Position numbers and translations under genes: made by a program. DNA of 64,000 nt from Psammoneis japonica (lineage: Eukaryota), in NCBI GenBank assembly GCA_008632985.1, contig QPGO01000020.1, positions 124,001 through 188,000 on the forward strand. The letters run 5' to 3'. Every line of letters begins with the position of its first letter. Within the stretch, counting starts at the first letter, position 1. This document shows, one piece after another, positions 1 through 12,328 of the stretch. The notes below the pieces were generated by a model. That model was not told the DNA's origin, made no database searches, and saw nothing but the letters and a program-made list of their open reading frames with translations.

Positions 1-1042
1 ACGAACGCAGCGGTGGTGGAACTGGATTACAAATCCGAGCGATCATATCAATTTCGAAGTTGTCTGCGTGGTGTACTCTTTGGGAACTTTTCTGGCGCTA
101 TTCTTGTATGGAGCGCAAGTTTATCGCACAAGGGTTGACCCATTGGCAGGTTATTCTCTTTCATTTCTTGATGGCAGTTATGTGGTTTTTGTCCCCTTTT
201 GCCCGTCACTCGTGTGGAGCCTTGTCATGAGGCGACAGCAACGAGCGAATAACACCACAGGAGAAAAACTAAAAACCAAAGACGGGCTAAAGGATGAGTA
301 ATTTTGTCTATCTGCATGAGGTATGAGATATCTATTGAGGACACCATATGCTGTACGATAAAGCAAGCCGAATCGTCCAGACTCGCCGACCTAGAGATGA
401 GATTGCGGCTCGCAGCCATCATTTTGCTCCACAAGCTATCACTAACTTTCAAGCTGTTTTGCATCTAGAGAGTTGCTCTTCTTGTTCTCGCGTGCTTAAC
501 CGCAATTCATGTCGTTTTACAGTGCTGATGTGGACTGTCTGTGTCTGCAGTGAGCTCGGGTCTTCATTTGGCATCCACCAGTCAATGCCGCTGAGGACGA
601 TGAAGCGCTGTGCTCCTGCATCGTCGCCTCACCACACATGCCACTACATGGACTTTTCGTCTCTTCCAATAGGAGGCTAAGGTCAGACTGCGCCAACTCA
701 CTGACAACGCAACTGTTCTATGAACCGCCATTTGGCCCTTAATTTTCCAGTTACTGTGCAGTCGAGTCCTGTTTAGGCAGAAATTGACCTGTACAATAGA
801 TTTGGCCATCTCCTATCTATCGCGTACAGTGAATTACTTACCTCCACTGACATGAACTAGAGTTTAGCTAGTAGGCCCTACGCTCAGGATGACGGTCTCC
901 TTTGTCTCCCTCTAGATTGCGCGACGTGTTGCATACTAGCGGAAACGATAGGGTAAGAAACATTTGCCACCATATCGAATTGACCTATGTAAGTGAATTT
1001 TATTCAGCGAAACCTACAGACTAGATCATTCAGGGATTGCAA

Positions 1043-1999
1043 CTACATGATGCTGGGAAAGTCCTGGTCCATGTTAGTGAAAGATGAAGCCATGCTGTCC
1101 ATCTCTCGATCAACACTTGTATCAACGGATGCGGCAGGTGGAGTTTGAGTTTCTTCTCGCTTCGTCGCAGCTGATGCTTTGCGCTTCTTGTTCACGTCCT
1201 TTTTGGGAAGCGCTCCCTTGAGCAACAATGTTTCCTTGTCTTTTCCTTCAATTCCTAGCGGTAAATGATACTGACGTCCTAGATAGTTCCATTCATTACC
1301 AGATAAGCCAAAGACTCGATCAATCGCTTTCAGCTTTCGTACAAAGACAGAGTCCTCGAGAGACCAGTCGCCTTTCTTCTGGTAAGTTCTTTTCTCCAAA
1401 TCATCTTGAGGCGGCGCTGCTTCAATCAATGGGAGTTTACAAAACTCGTCGCTCGTCAAATCAGCAGATGATGACAGAAAGAATAGTCCCGCCATGACGT
1501 ATTCTTTGCAATCCATGTGAGGAGGCACGTGTCTCGGACTAACGTTTCCGCAGCAACTTCTCAATAGCTGTCGAGTTGAGACGGGTGCTCCTTGCGAAAT
1601 GACTCGCAACAGGGAGACAAACAGACAATCATTGCTCTCACTGGTATCATTAGTCAATATGCTTTTGTCGAGGAATGGTTTCTTTCCAGTCTCTACATCC
1701 GAGTCCTCATGCTGGCGCAAGAGATTCTCTAAAAGAGATTTGGCAGCGGTACTCATCGTGGGGGACGATAAATGTGAGGCTGCGTATCCACTCCACTTTT
1801 TCCGTTTCTTCACGTTCGACAAGCTCTTGTAGCATTCAAGCTCTTGGGGAGTCCATGGGTATGGTGTCGCTAGTGGGAGATTGCCGCTCATGTCGGCCAT
1901 TTTGCTGCTTTGCTGTATCTCGTCTTCAATGTTGTCCTTTGTCCTCTCGAAATCGATTGGAGAGTGAATGTTGTTTTGACGAATTACAATTTCTGCCAC
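1043..1999 (-). CDS. Hypothetical protein (~285-318 aa), divergent from the VPS9 gene
   Basis: Long ORF with normal composition (Tyr present, TpA not depleted) and a basic NLS-like stretch (NKKRK). The ORF-track start is GTG; the first in-frame ATG is at 1900. No family recognised. Confidence 0.55.
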   Translation of the reverse strand: MAEIVIRQNNIHSPIDFERTKDNIEDEIQQSSKMADMSGNLPLATPYPWTPQELECYKSLSNVKKRKKWSGYAASHLSSPTMSTAAKSLLENLLRQHEDSDVETGKKPFLDKSILTNDTSESNDCLFVSLLRVISQGAPVSTRQLLRSCCGNVSPRHVPPHMDCKEYVMAGLFFLSSSADLTSDEFCKLPLIEAAPPQDDLEKRTYQKKGDWSLEDSVFVRKLKAIDRVFGLSGNEWNYLGRQYHLPLGIEGKDKETLLLKGALPKKDVNKKRKASAATKREETQTPPAASVDTSVDREMDSMASSFTNMDQDFPSIM

Positions 2000-2182
2000 G
2001 ATTTTAAGTCATTTTGATACGATTTTCAATTTTATCCAAAATGTGTAGAAAATCAATCAATGCTGGGGTATCTCGTCTGTCGCGGTACGGCATCGGCAGG
2101 TGTGTGGCATCTTTTTTTCGATATTCTGCACACAAAAACAAAATGAGCGTGTTAGAGCTATTGGAAGTTTGAGTGTAGCAGA

Positions 2183-4311
2183 ATGGCAGATACTAACGAG
2201 CCAGTTGCGTTGTTTGAAGAAAACTTGGAAGAAGAAGAAGTAATAATTATCGAGGATGATGCGAAAGACAAGGAAGCAACGGAAGCAGATTCGGTGGAAG
2301 GTGCTCTGACCCAGATTAGCGAGTCTGAACCCGCAGCGAAACAGCAGGACAACGAAGAAGAAGAAGAAGACGATGACGTAGAATCAGACGATATTGTCGA
2401 AGAATCGCCACAAGAGTTAACAAATAACGAGACTCCGCCGTTGGTTTTGACTAACAATGGTACTTCGAACGAGACAGCGAATATGGCTGAAGCTGGCGCA
2501 GTAGCCGCTGTGACTGCGGATAGAAAAGAACGATTGTTGTTGGAAGCTCGCAGGGATCGAGTCGAATGGATTCAAAAGGTCCCTCTCCCATATACCGTTG
2601 GAGATAGCGTTGATGATAACAACCACGGAGTGATGGCTTGGTCCTCTCATCCCTCGTTGGCACTACTCAAGTCCAGTCGTGTGGGCACCGAGGCACCTAC
2701 GGTTCTGCAAGTCTTGACTTCTTTATATGACAATAACGTTGAGGAAATGAAAAAACAAATTCCCAGTGTGGTGAGTAGTGCATATGCTGGCGATAGTATT
2801 CGTTTGTTCACACCACTCTTACGTTTCTCTACTTTTCTTAGTTGGACTCGTTGAACAGTTCCAAACAAGAAGTGGCTCGCGCCCTTCCGTCTGGACCAGA
2901 GATTTTGGAGAAGGAGATCCTCAAGCAAAAACGTCTACAAAGTCCTCTGGGTCAGGTCACGGTTGAATTTCAAAGCTTCCTCTTGAAAATAGAAAAGCCG
3001 GAATGTGCCATGTTAGTCCAAGGGATGCGCAATTTCTGTCGGCATGTTGTTTCTCAGCAGAGACCAAGTGGCGATGATAAGACCACTAAGCTGGCTACTA
3101 GTCTTAACAGCTATATCAATGCCACCCATGCAACAATACAGTCTCATCCGGCGTGGACTAACAACAAGGACGAAAACGACAGCGTTGACTCTCGACGATC
3201 TTTGGAGTCGTTTTTGTATGGTCATGTCATTTCGGTCATTACAAGTCTGCTTTTAAGCGAAGAAGAAACCAAATTGGCAAATGACGAATTGTCTGAAAGA
3301 CTTCATAGTTTGAAATTCATCACGCCAAAGCATTTGGAAGTGGATTGTTTCTTGTATGAAGACGACGACGACGAGAGCTCATCCGTCAAAGCCCTCCTGG
3401 ACGACCCCGTGCAAACTCTATTGTCGGTGGACCGTTTCCATTCTCCTTATGAAAAGCTACAACGCATTCTTGGTGTCTATCATGGGGTGAATAGCGCATT
3501 GACAAAGGCGCTGAATCAGCACAAAGACGAAGCCAGCAACAATAATAAAGTTCTCCCCAGTGCTGACCATGTGTTGCCGACGCTCATTTTGGTTGTGCTT
3601 TTAGCGCAACCAACGAATATGGTACTCAATCTCAAAATTATAGAAGTGTTCTGTCCCTCGGAGTACTTGAGAGGGGAAGCCGGATACGCGTTCACGAATT
3701 TGTATGGTGCTATTCAGTTTTTACGAGATTTGAACATTCAGGACACCGATCAAGGAGCCGATACCCTCCACATGTCTGCACAAGAGTTCCGAGATGGTTT
3801 GGAAAGAAGTCGAAGCGAAGCGCAAGAAAAGCTAAAGAGGAGAGGGTCGGATGAGCAAAAAAAAGGGGGCGAGAGCGATAAAGAGCATAGAGCTGCGCCG
3901 CCCGGGAATCTTTGTGCTGCTCAAGTGCGAGCCGCACGCTTGCGCGGCGATGAAATTGATATAAATTGGGCCACGGAAGAATGGCAGCGTGGTATAACCG
4001 CAACTGACGCGGGATTGACAAAGAATGAAGTCAATATGAGTGGCATGTCAGAGAGTGAATCAGCCGTGCCGTTTGTGCAGGAAGCGGCTGCCCTCTCGCG
4101 GTCTTATTCCTTTTTGACCACCCGTCCCGAGGAAGTTAAGATTTCAGACTTACCAAAGCTATTGAGGGAATACCGTTCTCTGGTGCACACAACCGAAGTT
4201 CTCCTTGCAGAACGTACGTCGCGGTTGAACTCCGATCGAAAACGACAGCTGATCAAAGAAAGGAAGAACTTGGAAGAACACGCTGCCGCTGTGGACTTTG
4301 ACCTTGCCTAG
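2183..4311 (+). CDS. VPS9-domain Rab5 guanine-nucleotide exchange factor, 2 exons (intron 2771-2841)
   Basis: VPS9 motifs PYEKL..., SADHVLPTLILVV and RGEAGYAFTNLYGAIQFL. The intron GTGAGT...TTAG joins ORFs 2183 and 2842 in frame (exon 1 = 588 nt). Confidence 0.9.
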
Positions 4312-4450
4312 AAAGAGAGTCAAGCATCTGCAACACGACCTAGTCCATTAAGAGAATGTTCATTGATATACAAAAAGCTAGAATTACACTGCTAAACTAA
4401 GTAGAGCTACTGGTAGAACCGCTCGCACTATATTACCGGTGCCAAAGGGA

Positions 4451-4786
4451 TGACGGATGAGATTGTGGAGAGCAGCAACCAGCAGCGGCAGGTATCAGAA
4501 ACAGACAGACTGCCTGAAGATCGAGCGATCAGTCTGTCAAGGAGATCCGTGTGCACAATCAAGACTTTGGCATGCGACCAGGGCGCATCAGTCAGATCGC
4601 AACAAATGCTGGACGCATCGCACCATGTCGATCACTCGTCGATGACACATCGCTCTCACTGCTGTTGAACTCTCTAGAAGCAACTCTGGACGAGGTGCAA
4701 CGCAGCAAGGAGTTTGCTCAATCATTGTGCAGCAGTGTGCTGACTCTGCCTTCCTGTACACCTGCTGCATGGAGAAGAACCTTACA
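4451..4786 (+). repeat. LTR-like sequence (TG...CA), partly TpA-mutated
   Basis: Starts TGACGG and ends CCTTACA. Shares ordered blocks (gatgagattg; gcctgaa..gatcg.gcgatca; ttgaactctctaga; gcaaggagtttgc...gtgtgctgactctgc; atggagaagaacct) with 10038-10545. Confidence 0.6.
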
Positions 4787-7700
4787 GTGTGTGATGGTTT
4801 TTGGTACAAACAGTGTGCAGGTGAATGATGAGCATGCATTTGAGTCACCTTCACCAGCCACCCATGAAACTTTCAAGCAGTCAAGCTTGCATGTTCATTT
4901 CTTCTCCTTGGCCATCCCCAAATGCAGCTTTGAGTGAATTGCTGCCCTGATGTTGCAATGTGCACCCGCCTTTTGCACCTGCAGCAACCACCCCAGACCA
5001 CAAAGAAGAAGCCAATGAATCTTTAGCCCTGCTTGCATGGTCAACAATTTGTGTGTGCATTGAATGGTTGAATCCCCTCAACTTTCTTTCCCCGTTCCTT
5101 TTGCCAGGCCACAAACATGAAAAAATTGTCGGGAAACATGCCAGTGCCTCCCGTGCATCAAAGCACCTGCAAAACCATTCATGGCTGATGCTGTGCCTTC
5201 TGCTTTGCCAACTGCAATTGTTCAATGCATGGAAACTGCACCCTGCATTGGACAAAATGGCAATGACATTGACTGTTTCCATCTGGCCCTTCCACTTGTC
5301 CTTGCAGTGCCCCTGTGTTGGACAAAATGACAACCATTCTGTTGGGTCAGTGGACTGTGGCAAACCACCACAAAACAAACTCTGTTTGCTGTTGCTTGAT
5401 GGCTGGATTACATCCATCATGGAACATGATTCAGTGCAGCCCAGCACAATCACCAACGTCAGTGAATGGTCTGCCACAAACAGTGTGGCTGTTTTTGTGG
5501 ATGGGACGCCACAGAGCAATGCCTTCTCCTGCACAGGAGTGAAAATGCTGTTTGACTGTTTGGCAGAATCATGATCCAAATGCTTGTGGGAGGAGGCCCA
5601 GCCTGAAGAGCTTGACATCAAACTTGCATGGGCCTCTGATGTCCTCTTTCTGTGGCAGCAATTGATTCCTTGTCACTTCCTGGTCAGAGCAATGTTCAAC
5701 CTGTGCCAGCATGTCCAGAAAAATCTGCATGGGAATGGGGTTGCTTCAACTGGCTGATGTGACAAAGAAGCAGAGTGGACAAGACAGCAGACTTGACATC
5801 CTGGAAGTCATGAGTCCTTAGCTCACTCTGTTTGGGTGATGCAGTGGTTGCACTCATGGTTTTGGTGACAAATTTGCCCATGAGTCAGACTCGATTGGCA
5901 CAGTGTGGAATGTGACATTGACAGAAATTGCTGAACACGACAAAACTGGAGATGTTGCACATGATTTCTGGCACTTTCCAGTGTTTTAGAAGTGTGCTTC
6001 TCTAGAGTTGGCTGGGAGATCACCAGCTTTGGTCAGATTGTGGCTGACAAATTGCCAGTTTTAAGTCACTTGAGGCCTGGGTCTCACAATTGCCTCTCAT
6101 CCACTGTCAGCCAGTGCTGCAACAATTGTCATGTCATTGTCACCACCTTTCCCAATCTTCATCCATCTGCTGTTCATCTGCTGTTTGGCAGAGCAATCCA
6201 TTCTGCATTTTCATTGAGAATCTGGATGATCAGATCAGGAGCAAGATGGAGTCCCAGTGGATTTTGCAGGCACAGTCAGACCACATTGCTCAGGTGCTCT
6301 GATCAAATGTGCCTTTTTCAAGAAGCATTTGAGAGCACTTGAGCCCTTGGAACAAGGTGGTGCAGCAAACTGCATCTTCATTCAAGGGGAGCTTGGCAAA
6401 ACACACGGCTTTGCATCCATCATCCAACCCTCATCAGAGCATCAACCCTCATCAGCAGTCACCACTGTGGCTGAGCCCTGCTGAAAATGTGCCAAAGCAA
6501 CATGCCAAACATGATTTCTGGAGTTGTGGAGCCACTGATCATCTCCACTGTGATCCCAAAACACAGACAATCATCTGCCCCCATGCCCATGAACCCATCA
6601 TCAAGGAAAGGGCAGAGCACACTTGCAAGAGGACTTCAACGACCACGTGAGGAAATGCCACAACTCCCTCTCACAAGGGTGACTCCAATCCTCTCCCCAG
6701 ACTCAAAGCAGAAAAAGGGTGACATTTCTTGCCTCCTTGTTGATGCCTTCAAACAGAGCATCACCCAAGCCAACAACAAACCATCAGATGTCATGACACT
6801 TCTCACCCTTGTCCACAAAAAAGGCACTCAGAACCCACCTCAGTTGTCCATCCTGGTCAACAACTCTCTGGTGCCCCACATCATCCTGCAGTTGGGTCAG
6901 CAGGATGCCAAGTTTCAGCCAGGTGTGCACATTGTCTTGAGCAGGTCTGGCGCTCTCATCTGCGGCAATGGCAAATGTTGGATGCCCGCTGCCAAACAGT
7001 GTCCAGAGCTCATCAAGAGCACCCCGCTTGCCAAAGGATTGGCGGCCCCCCATCATGTTGTCAGGTGTTGTTTGCAAAGGCTCTGCATTGGACATTGACA
7101 TTTCAACCAACATGCTGGAGGCAATCAAGCTCCACCTCCCCTGCATGGCCAAGAGTGGTCACCCCACCTCTCTTTAAAATTGTGGTTGGCACAAGTGTGT
7201 TGGTCAACTGCATTGTTGGAGTGAGTTTCATCTCTGCCAATGAACTTGTCATGGATTTCAAGGACAACATTGTGGAGTCAAAAGTGCTTGATTGCCCACC
7301 ATTCCCAATCAAATTCCAAGCCCCACTTTGCTCTTCACAAAAACTTCTTGCTGGCACCACTGAACCAACAGACAAAAAAAATGTCATTGCCACACATGCT
7401 TTCAAGAATTTTGCCAAGGCCTTTGTGGCCATGCAAGCATCCAATGCATCTTGACCTGTCCCAATGCTTGTCCATGGTGGGTTGCATCCCTCTTGCAGTG
7501 TGCACCTTGGTGGGTCTCCCTCAGATGACCAGTGCAAGCAAGAGCCAAAAAAACACTTGCACCTGCTGCCTTGCATTTCAACATTGTCATCCAAAGGCTG
7601 TTGAGCCTTTCAAGCGATCCCTTCATGAAAAACTCACCCCATCAACTGCTTTGAAGTTCAATGGTCAAATCAAGCTGTCCAATGGTCCAAGTGCTGAACT

Positions 7701-10037
7701 GGGTGAGAAAGACTTCATCAAGACCATCTTGGACATCGTTGAGTCACACAGGCAGGAAACCTTTTGTCATTTTTTAAGAAATCTGACAGCAAGGTCATGT
7801 GGCCATTCAACCATCTTCATGCCATCACTGTCAGTGACCTGGAAAAAGAGCACAGGACTTGCAACATGGCTTCTGGTGACGAAGGCTGCAACAACCATGA
7901 GAAGGATGACATTGGTCTCTCTCAAAACTTCCAGTCAAGAAGTTTTGCATCCTCACAGAAAAATGTTCTGGAAGAAGATCAAAGTGAAGTTCAGCCATGT
8001 CAAGAACTTCAAGGACCTGCCAGGGTTGGTGTTGTTCATGATGGCCCTGGACACTTGCAATGCAAGTGCTTTTGTTGATGTCAAGTCTGCCATGGACAAG
8101 CTCAAGGCATTGTCGCTCAAGTCCTGCCCAGGCAAGGATTGCACCAAGCCCATGGCCAAAGCTCTGCATTTGGTCTGATTCATGCAGACAGGCTGTGCAC
8201 CACCGATTGACACAGACTCTGTTGTTTTAACCAAGTCTTGCAAGACATCCTCCAAGTTCTTCAGCCATGAAGTGAAGGAGAAGGATCTGCCATTTCTCAA
8301 CACCAAGATGGACAACAATGTCATCACAAACCAATTTTGTGGCAATGTTCTGCTTTCAAATTTGTCTTGACCTTGTAAAAACTGTGACTCATTTCATGCT
8401 GCAAATGGGTGAAGCAATCCATGAACACAACTTGTTTGCAAGCCACACTTCTTTTCCACCCTCAGATTTGACACTTGTGTGTTTGCAATCAATCCAGTGC
8501 AGATGCAAGCCAGGGAGGAGCTCTGTTCACTGCTGTTTGTCATCCCACAGAATGACAGCATCAGAACAATTTTCTCAACATTGTTTGGCTGTTTTTTCAT
8601 TGAGCCGCATGGCAACTTCATTCTGCACTTTCAATCCCATCTGTCCAACTCTTTCCCATTTAAGAATGGTTGGCTGAATGCATCACAGTTGCTTTGTCAA
8701 AGTCTTAAAAATGTTTGTCTGGTCAATGTCATTGCTCAAACAGGTTTGACCATGTGACAATGATGTTGGATTCATCCTTGATGTGCTCACAAACCACAGG
8801 TGCAACAGCGTGTTTGCGCAAAACTTGACTTGCTGCCATTCTCTGACAGCCTCTTTGCAACTCCAAACAAAAGGTGGCACAACAAGCCTGCTGTTGCATG
8901 GGACTTGAAACAGCAATTGTTTGGACACCTTGTCTGCCACATCAATGTGGTTGTCGGCTCCAGCAGCTTTTTGACCACAAAATCTCTGAGTTTTGAAGGT
9001 GGTGATTTGGGTCTGTGCACACTCATCCAGAGCACACCTTCCATGCCAGTTTGAAGTTGCTCAAGGCCTGGGTCTCATGGCTGCAAAAAACGATGGAGTG
9101 CAAGTGCCATCTCTGCCACCTGGCCAAGGTGCAGAGAGCCACCTTGACTGCTCGGACTTGGGACCGGGAGGCCTCATTGGCTGGATTGCCAAGACCAGTG
9201 GCAAGCTCATCAGCAATGGTCTACCTTGGCAGCCAAACTCCCTGAGTTGAGCCATGCTTCCAAGGGCACCAATGCGATGAAGCATTGTTGCAGATGTGGT
9301 GCGTGCATTTGGATGCATCAAGTGCACTTGTCCTGTGTGCAAGAAACAGCACAAAGAAGCAGCAGATCAGAAAGCAAAGGCCAACAAGTCCAAGAGCACT
9401 GACATGGAATTGGACAAACCACCACCCAAGAAAGAGAAACCTTCTGAGCCTGCCTGGAATTTCATCAACAAAGGTCTTGCCCTCACTGACAACAAAGGCA
9501 TGCTCTGGAAACAGTGTGACAAGTGTGTGAACAAGGACACGGGTGAGATGGGTGTGCACCAAGATCACATGTCTGCTGAGCATGCCAGCAAAAGCTCTCC
9601 CACCTCTGATGCTGCTGCTTTGGCAAATCCATCTGCTGTTGCCAATCCATCTTTGGCCCCCCTGATTGGCCCCTTTGAGCAGATGATGGCTCTGCCAATG
9701 GACAAGCCCTCAGACCCCAGTGAACTTGTCTGTTGTGGCATGTGGTGTGCTCCTGTCAAAGATTCTTTAGATGGCCCCTGTTTGACCACTTCAGCAACCT
9801 TTGTTCCTGCTCCAACAGCCAAGAGAGACACTGTTGCAGCCAAACCTGCTGCTCCACTCTTGGCCAAGATGGCTCTTGACCCCAAAGACGCTGACAATTT
9901 CTGCAAGTTTCCAATGATGACAGTGCAATGAACAATGTGATTTACACACCGCACTTGCAATCCAAATCGATCTGGGATGCGATGGAATCGCAAGAGCTCA
10001 ACGGTGCCAGAGTGCAGTGCAGCATTGCAACAGGAGC
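4787..10037. mobile_element. Degenerate, hypermutated retrotransposon mosaic (copia-type gag relics on + at ~7560-8330 and ~9280-9930; possible integrase/RNase H fragments on -)
   Basis: Gag-like motifs LKALSLKSCPGKD...MQTGCAPP and WKQCDKC...GVHQDH. A minus-strand ATLFVADHS segment resembles an integrase ATVFVDH motif. The region is flanked by related LTR-like repeats, and TpA and CpG are both nearly absent. Confidence 0.55.
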
Positions 10038-10545
10038 TGCCACGATGAGATTGGAGAAATGGTCTCTGCTAGCTGGCTAGAAGCAGCCAGCACTACCAGC
10101 TAGCTAGCTAAACTCTAGCTACTAGAGAGAGAGAGAGAGCCAGCTAATAGATCTCTCTACTAGGGCTAGAGTAGAGTAGACTCTCTACTCTGCTCTACTG
10201 CCAGCTACCGCACTAGAGTAGAAAGGGTACAGCATGCCGCAAGAGCATGCCGCAATTTTTGCCTGAAAAGATCGCGCGATCAACATGGACGTTGTGCGCA
10301 CGCACCACGCACAAAATGCATGTCAAAGCTCAAGCAAAGCGAATGTACGCAAAGACGCGCTGCCCTAAAAGCTGCCCGTTGATTGAACTCTCTAGAGAGC
10401 GAATAGATAGTAGAGAAGTGCTGTAGTAGCTCTAGAGGTATAGTATGGCAAGGAGTTTGCACAATCGTTGTACAGTAGTGTGCTGACTCTGCTTCCAATG
10501 CACCTTGAACCTGCCGTACTGCGTATGGAGAAGAACCTGATCGTG
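10038..10545 (+). repeat. LTR-like sequence, largely unmutated (TAG/CTA-rich, contains (GA)n)
   Basis: Related to 4451-4786 but keeps TpA where that copy has TG/CA (ttgTAcagTAgtgtg vs ttgTGcagCAgtgtg). Confidence 0.55.
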
Positions 10546-10549
10546 TGCC

Positions 10550-12328
10550 ATGAGAAGGTGTACCGCTAGGCACCAATCTGTGACGAGGAGTCGTTTTGGC
10601 AGGCAATCTGCTGTGGCTATTTTAGGAGGACATCGGACCTTGACGGCCAGCCCAGGTAGAGGTTGGACGAGCAGTCCATCAGATCGAACGCGACTGTATT
10701 TTCAACAACCTTCTTCTTCTAAGAATGGGAATGGGAAATCATGGTCTCAGTCGGCATTGAGCGTTGCTCAACGAGCATTTTGCAGCTCCACGCAAACAAA
10801 CGAGAAGGATCCTATGCGGCAGACAACCCTCTTTCTCTCCAACGTGTTGCCCGATGATTCGGCCTCAGCTTCTGGATCTCGCACACAGTCGTTGATTCGG
10901 TATTTTTCCAGAACGTCAGATGTCATTGTCGCCACAGGGATGCCGGAAATGGAGACTTTCAGCAAAGATGAAGGATTAGCAGGCAGTTCTACGAGTTCAC
11001 AATCCTTACGACAGCAACATGCGTCACCGCACCATGTTCTCCGAGCATTAATGGGCCGCTTTAAAGAGGATTCAAGTCAGACTAAGCTGCTCTTTCATCG
11101 CTTACGGACGAATCGATCAGAAGATTACCAATGCCTCCAACGTCGGTTTCCTCGGCTCGACACGGTTGTCTTTGATCGCTTTTACACAGAAGAAGCCCAT
11201 TCCTTTGCCATTCGTAAACACTATCCTATGGCCTGCTTGGTATTGGATATGCAAGACATGCATTGCTTGCGTAGAGCCCGTCAGAGTTTCGTGGAATCGT
11301 GGGATTTTTTTTCCTCCCCAAACGAGGATCCCTTGGCGTGTGTACAAGAGGCATTGGAGCATCGGCCTGATGCTTCAGATACTCACTTGGTACGAGAACT
11401 TTCCAGTATCTACCGATGTGATATTGCCTTGGTCTGTTCTCCTGTCGAGTATGACATTCTGACGTCGCACTTTAACGTTCCGGCCCGTAAATTGTGTGTA
11501 GCTTCCTTTTTTGTCGAAAAGAGAGTGCAACACTTTCCATTGTCAACACCACGTTTTTCCGCACCCCCGCAATTGGTATTCTGTGGTGGATATCGCCATG
11601 CACCCAATCTGGATGCAGCTCGCTGCTTGATTCGACATATTTGGCCACGGCTTGAGTCACAACTCCCGCAAGGATCAACCTTACACTTGCACGGTGCCTA
11701 CACCCCGCAGCAAATGCTTCAAAAGCAAAAACAACAAAGCGGTTTGGTGGTGCATGGGTTCACACCCAACTTGGATGATGTGTTTGGAAAACAAGAAACG
11801 GCTGACTCTAAGTATGTTTCGGACTCTCCTGTTGTTGTGTTGGCGCCTTTGCGATTTGGTGCGGGCATCAAGGGTAAGATTGTGGATGCGTGGAGGTATG
11901 GATGCCCCGTGGTGACAACTGGTATTGGCAGTGAAGGAATGACACTGGCAAATCGTACTTCAGGGGAGGCTTTGTTTGGGGGGAGTATTTCCAATACAAC
12001 CGACGAGTTTTGTCAAGCGGCGGTGGAGCTCGCCAGCAATCCCATGGCCTACCAACAGGCGCAAGAAACAAGTACTTTCTTGTTGGAAAAACTCTATGAT
12101 GCCGAAACGATTTGGAACGGGGTCAAATCTGCATTGAATATCCCAAGTAAACGCACCGACAGAGAGGACTGGTTGAGGCGGGGTCGCGCCACAGACTACA
12201 CTAAAGCTATGCTGTGGCACAATTCTGCGAGAAGCACGGAGTACTTTTCCAAGTGGATCGAACTGAAAGAGGAACGACAACGCCAAGAACAAGAGCATGA
12301 AAGAAGCGAATCAGATGGGATAGAGTAG
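10550..12328 (+). CDS. Glycosyltransferase, GT-B fold (GT4 / Glyco_trans_1_4-like)
   Basis: Motifs FDRFYTEE, LDMQDMHCLRRAR, GGYRHAPNLDA, PLRFGAGIKGKIVDAW..GCPVVTT.IGSEGM. Intronless ORF; the true start may be the downstream Met of MRQTTLF. Confidence 0.85.
   Translation: MRRCTARHQSVTRSRFGRQSAVAILGGHRTLTASPGRGWTSSPSDRTRLYFQQPSSSKNGNGKSWSQSALSVAQRAFCSSTQTNEKDPMRQTTLFLSNVLPDDSASASGSRTQSLIRYFSRTSDVIVATGMPEMETFSKDEGLAGSSTSSQSLRQQHASPHHVLRALMGRFKEDSSQTKLLFHRLRTNRSEDYQCLQRRFPRLDTVVFDRFYTEEAHSFAIRKHYPMACLVLDMQDMHCLRRARQSFVESWDFFSSPNEDPLACVQEALEHRPDASDTHLVRELSSIYRCDIALVCSPVEYDILTSHFNVPARKLCVASFFVEKRVQHFPLSTPRFSAPPQLVFCGGYRHAPNLDAARCLIRHIWPRLESQLPQGSTLHLHGAYTPQQMLQKQKQQSGLVVHGFTPNLDDVFGKQETADSKYVSDSPVVVLAPLRFGAGIKGKIVDAWRYGCPVVTTGIGSEGMTLANRTSGEALFGGSISNTTDEFCQAAVELASNPMAYQQAQETSTFLLEKLYDAETIWNGVKSALNIPSKRTDREDWLRRGRATDYTKAMLWHNSARSTEYFSKWIELKEERQRQEQEHERSESDGIE

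Noticed and set aside
8400..9050. Gypsy RNase H fragment (…GADNHIDVADKVS) on the minus strand
   Set aside because: Single weak motif across a frameshift; left inside the mosaic call.
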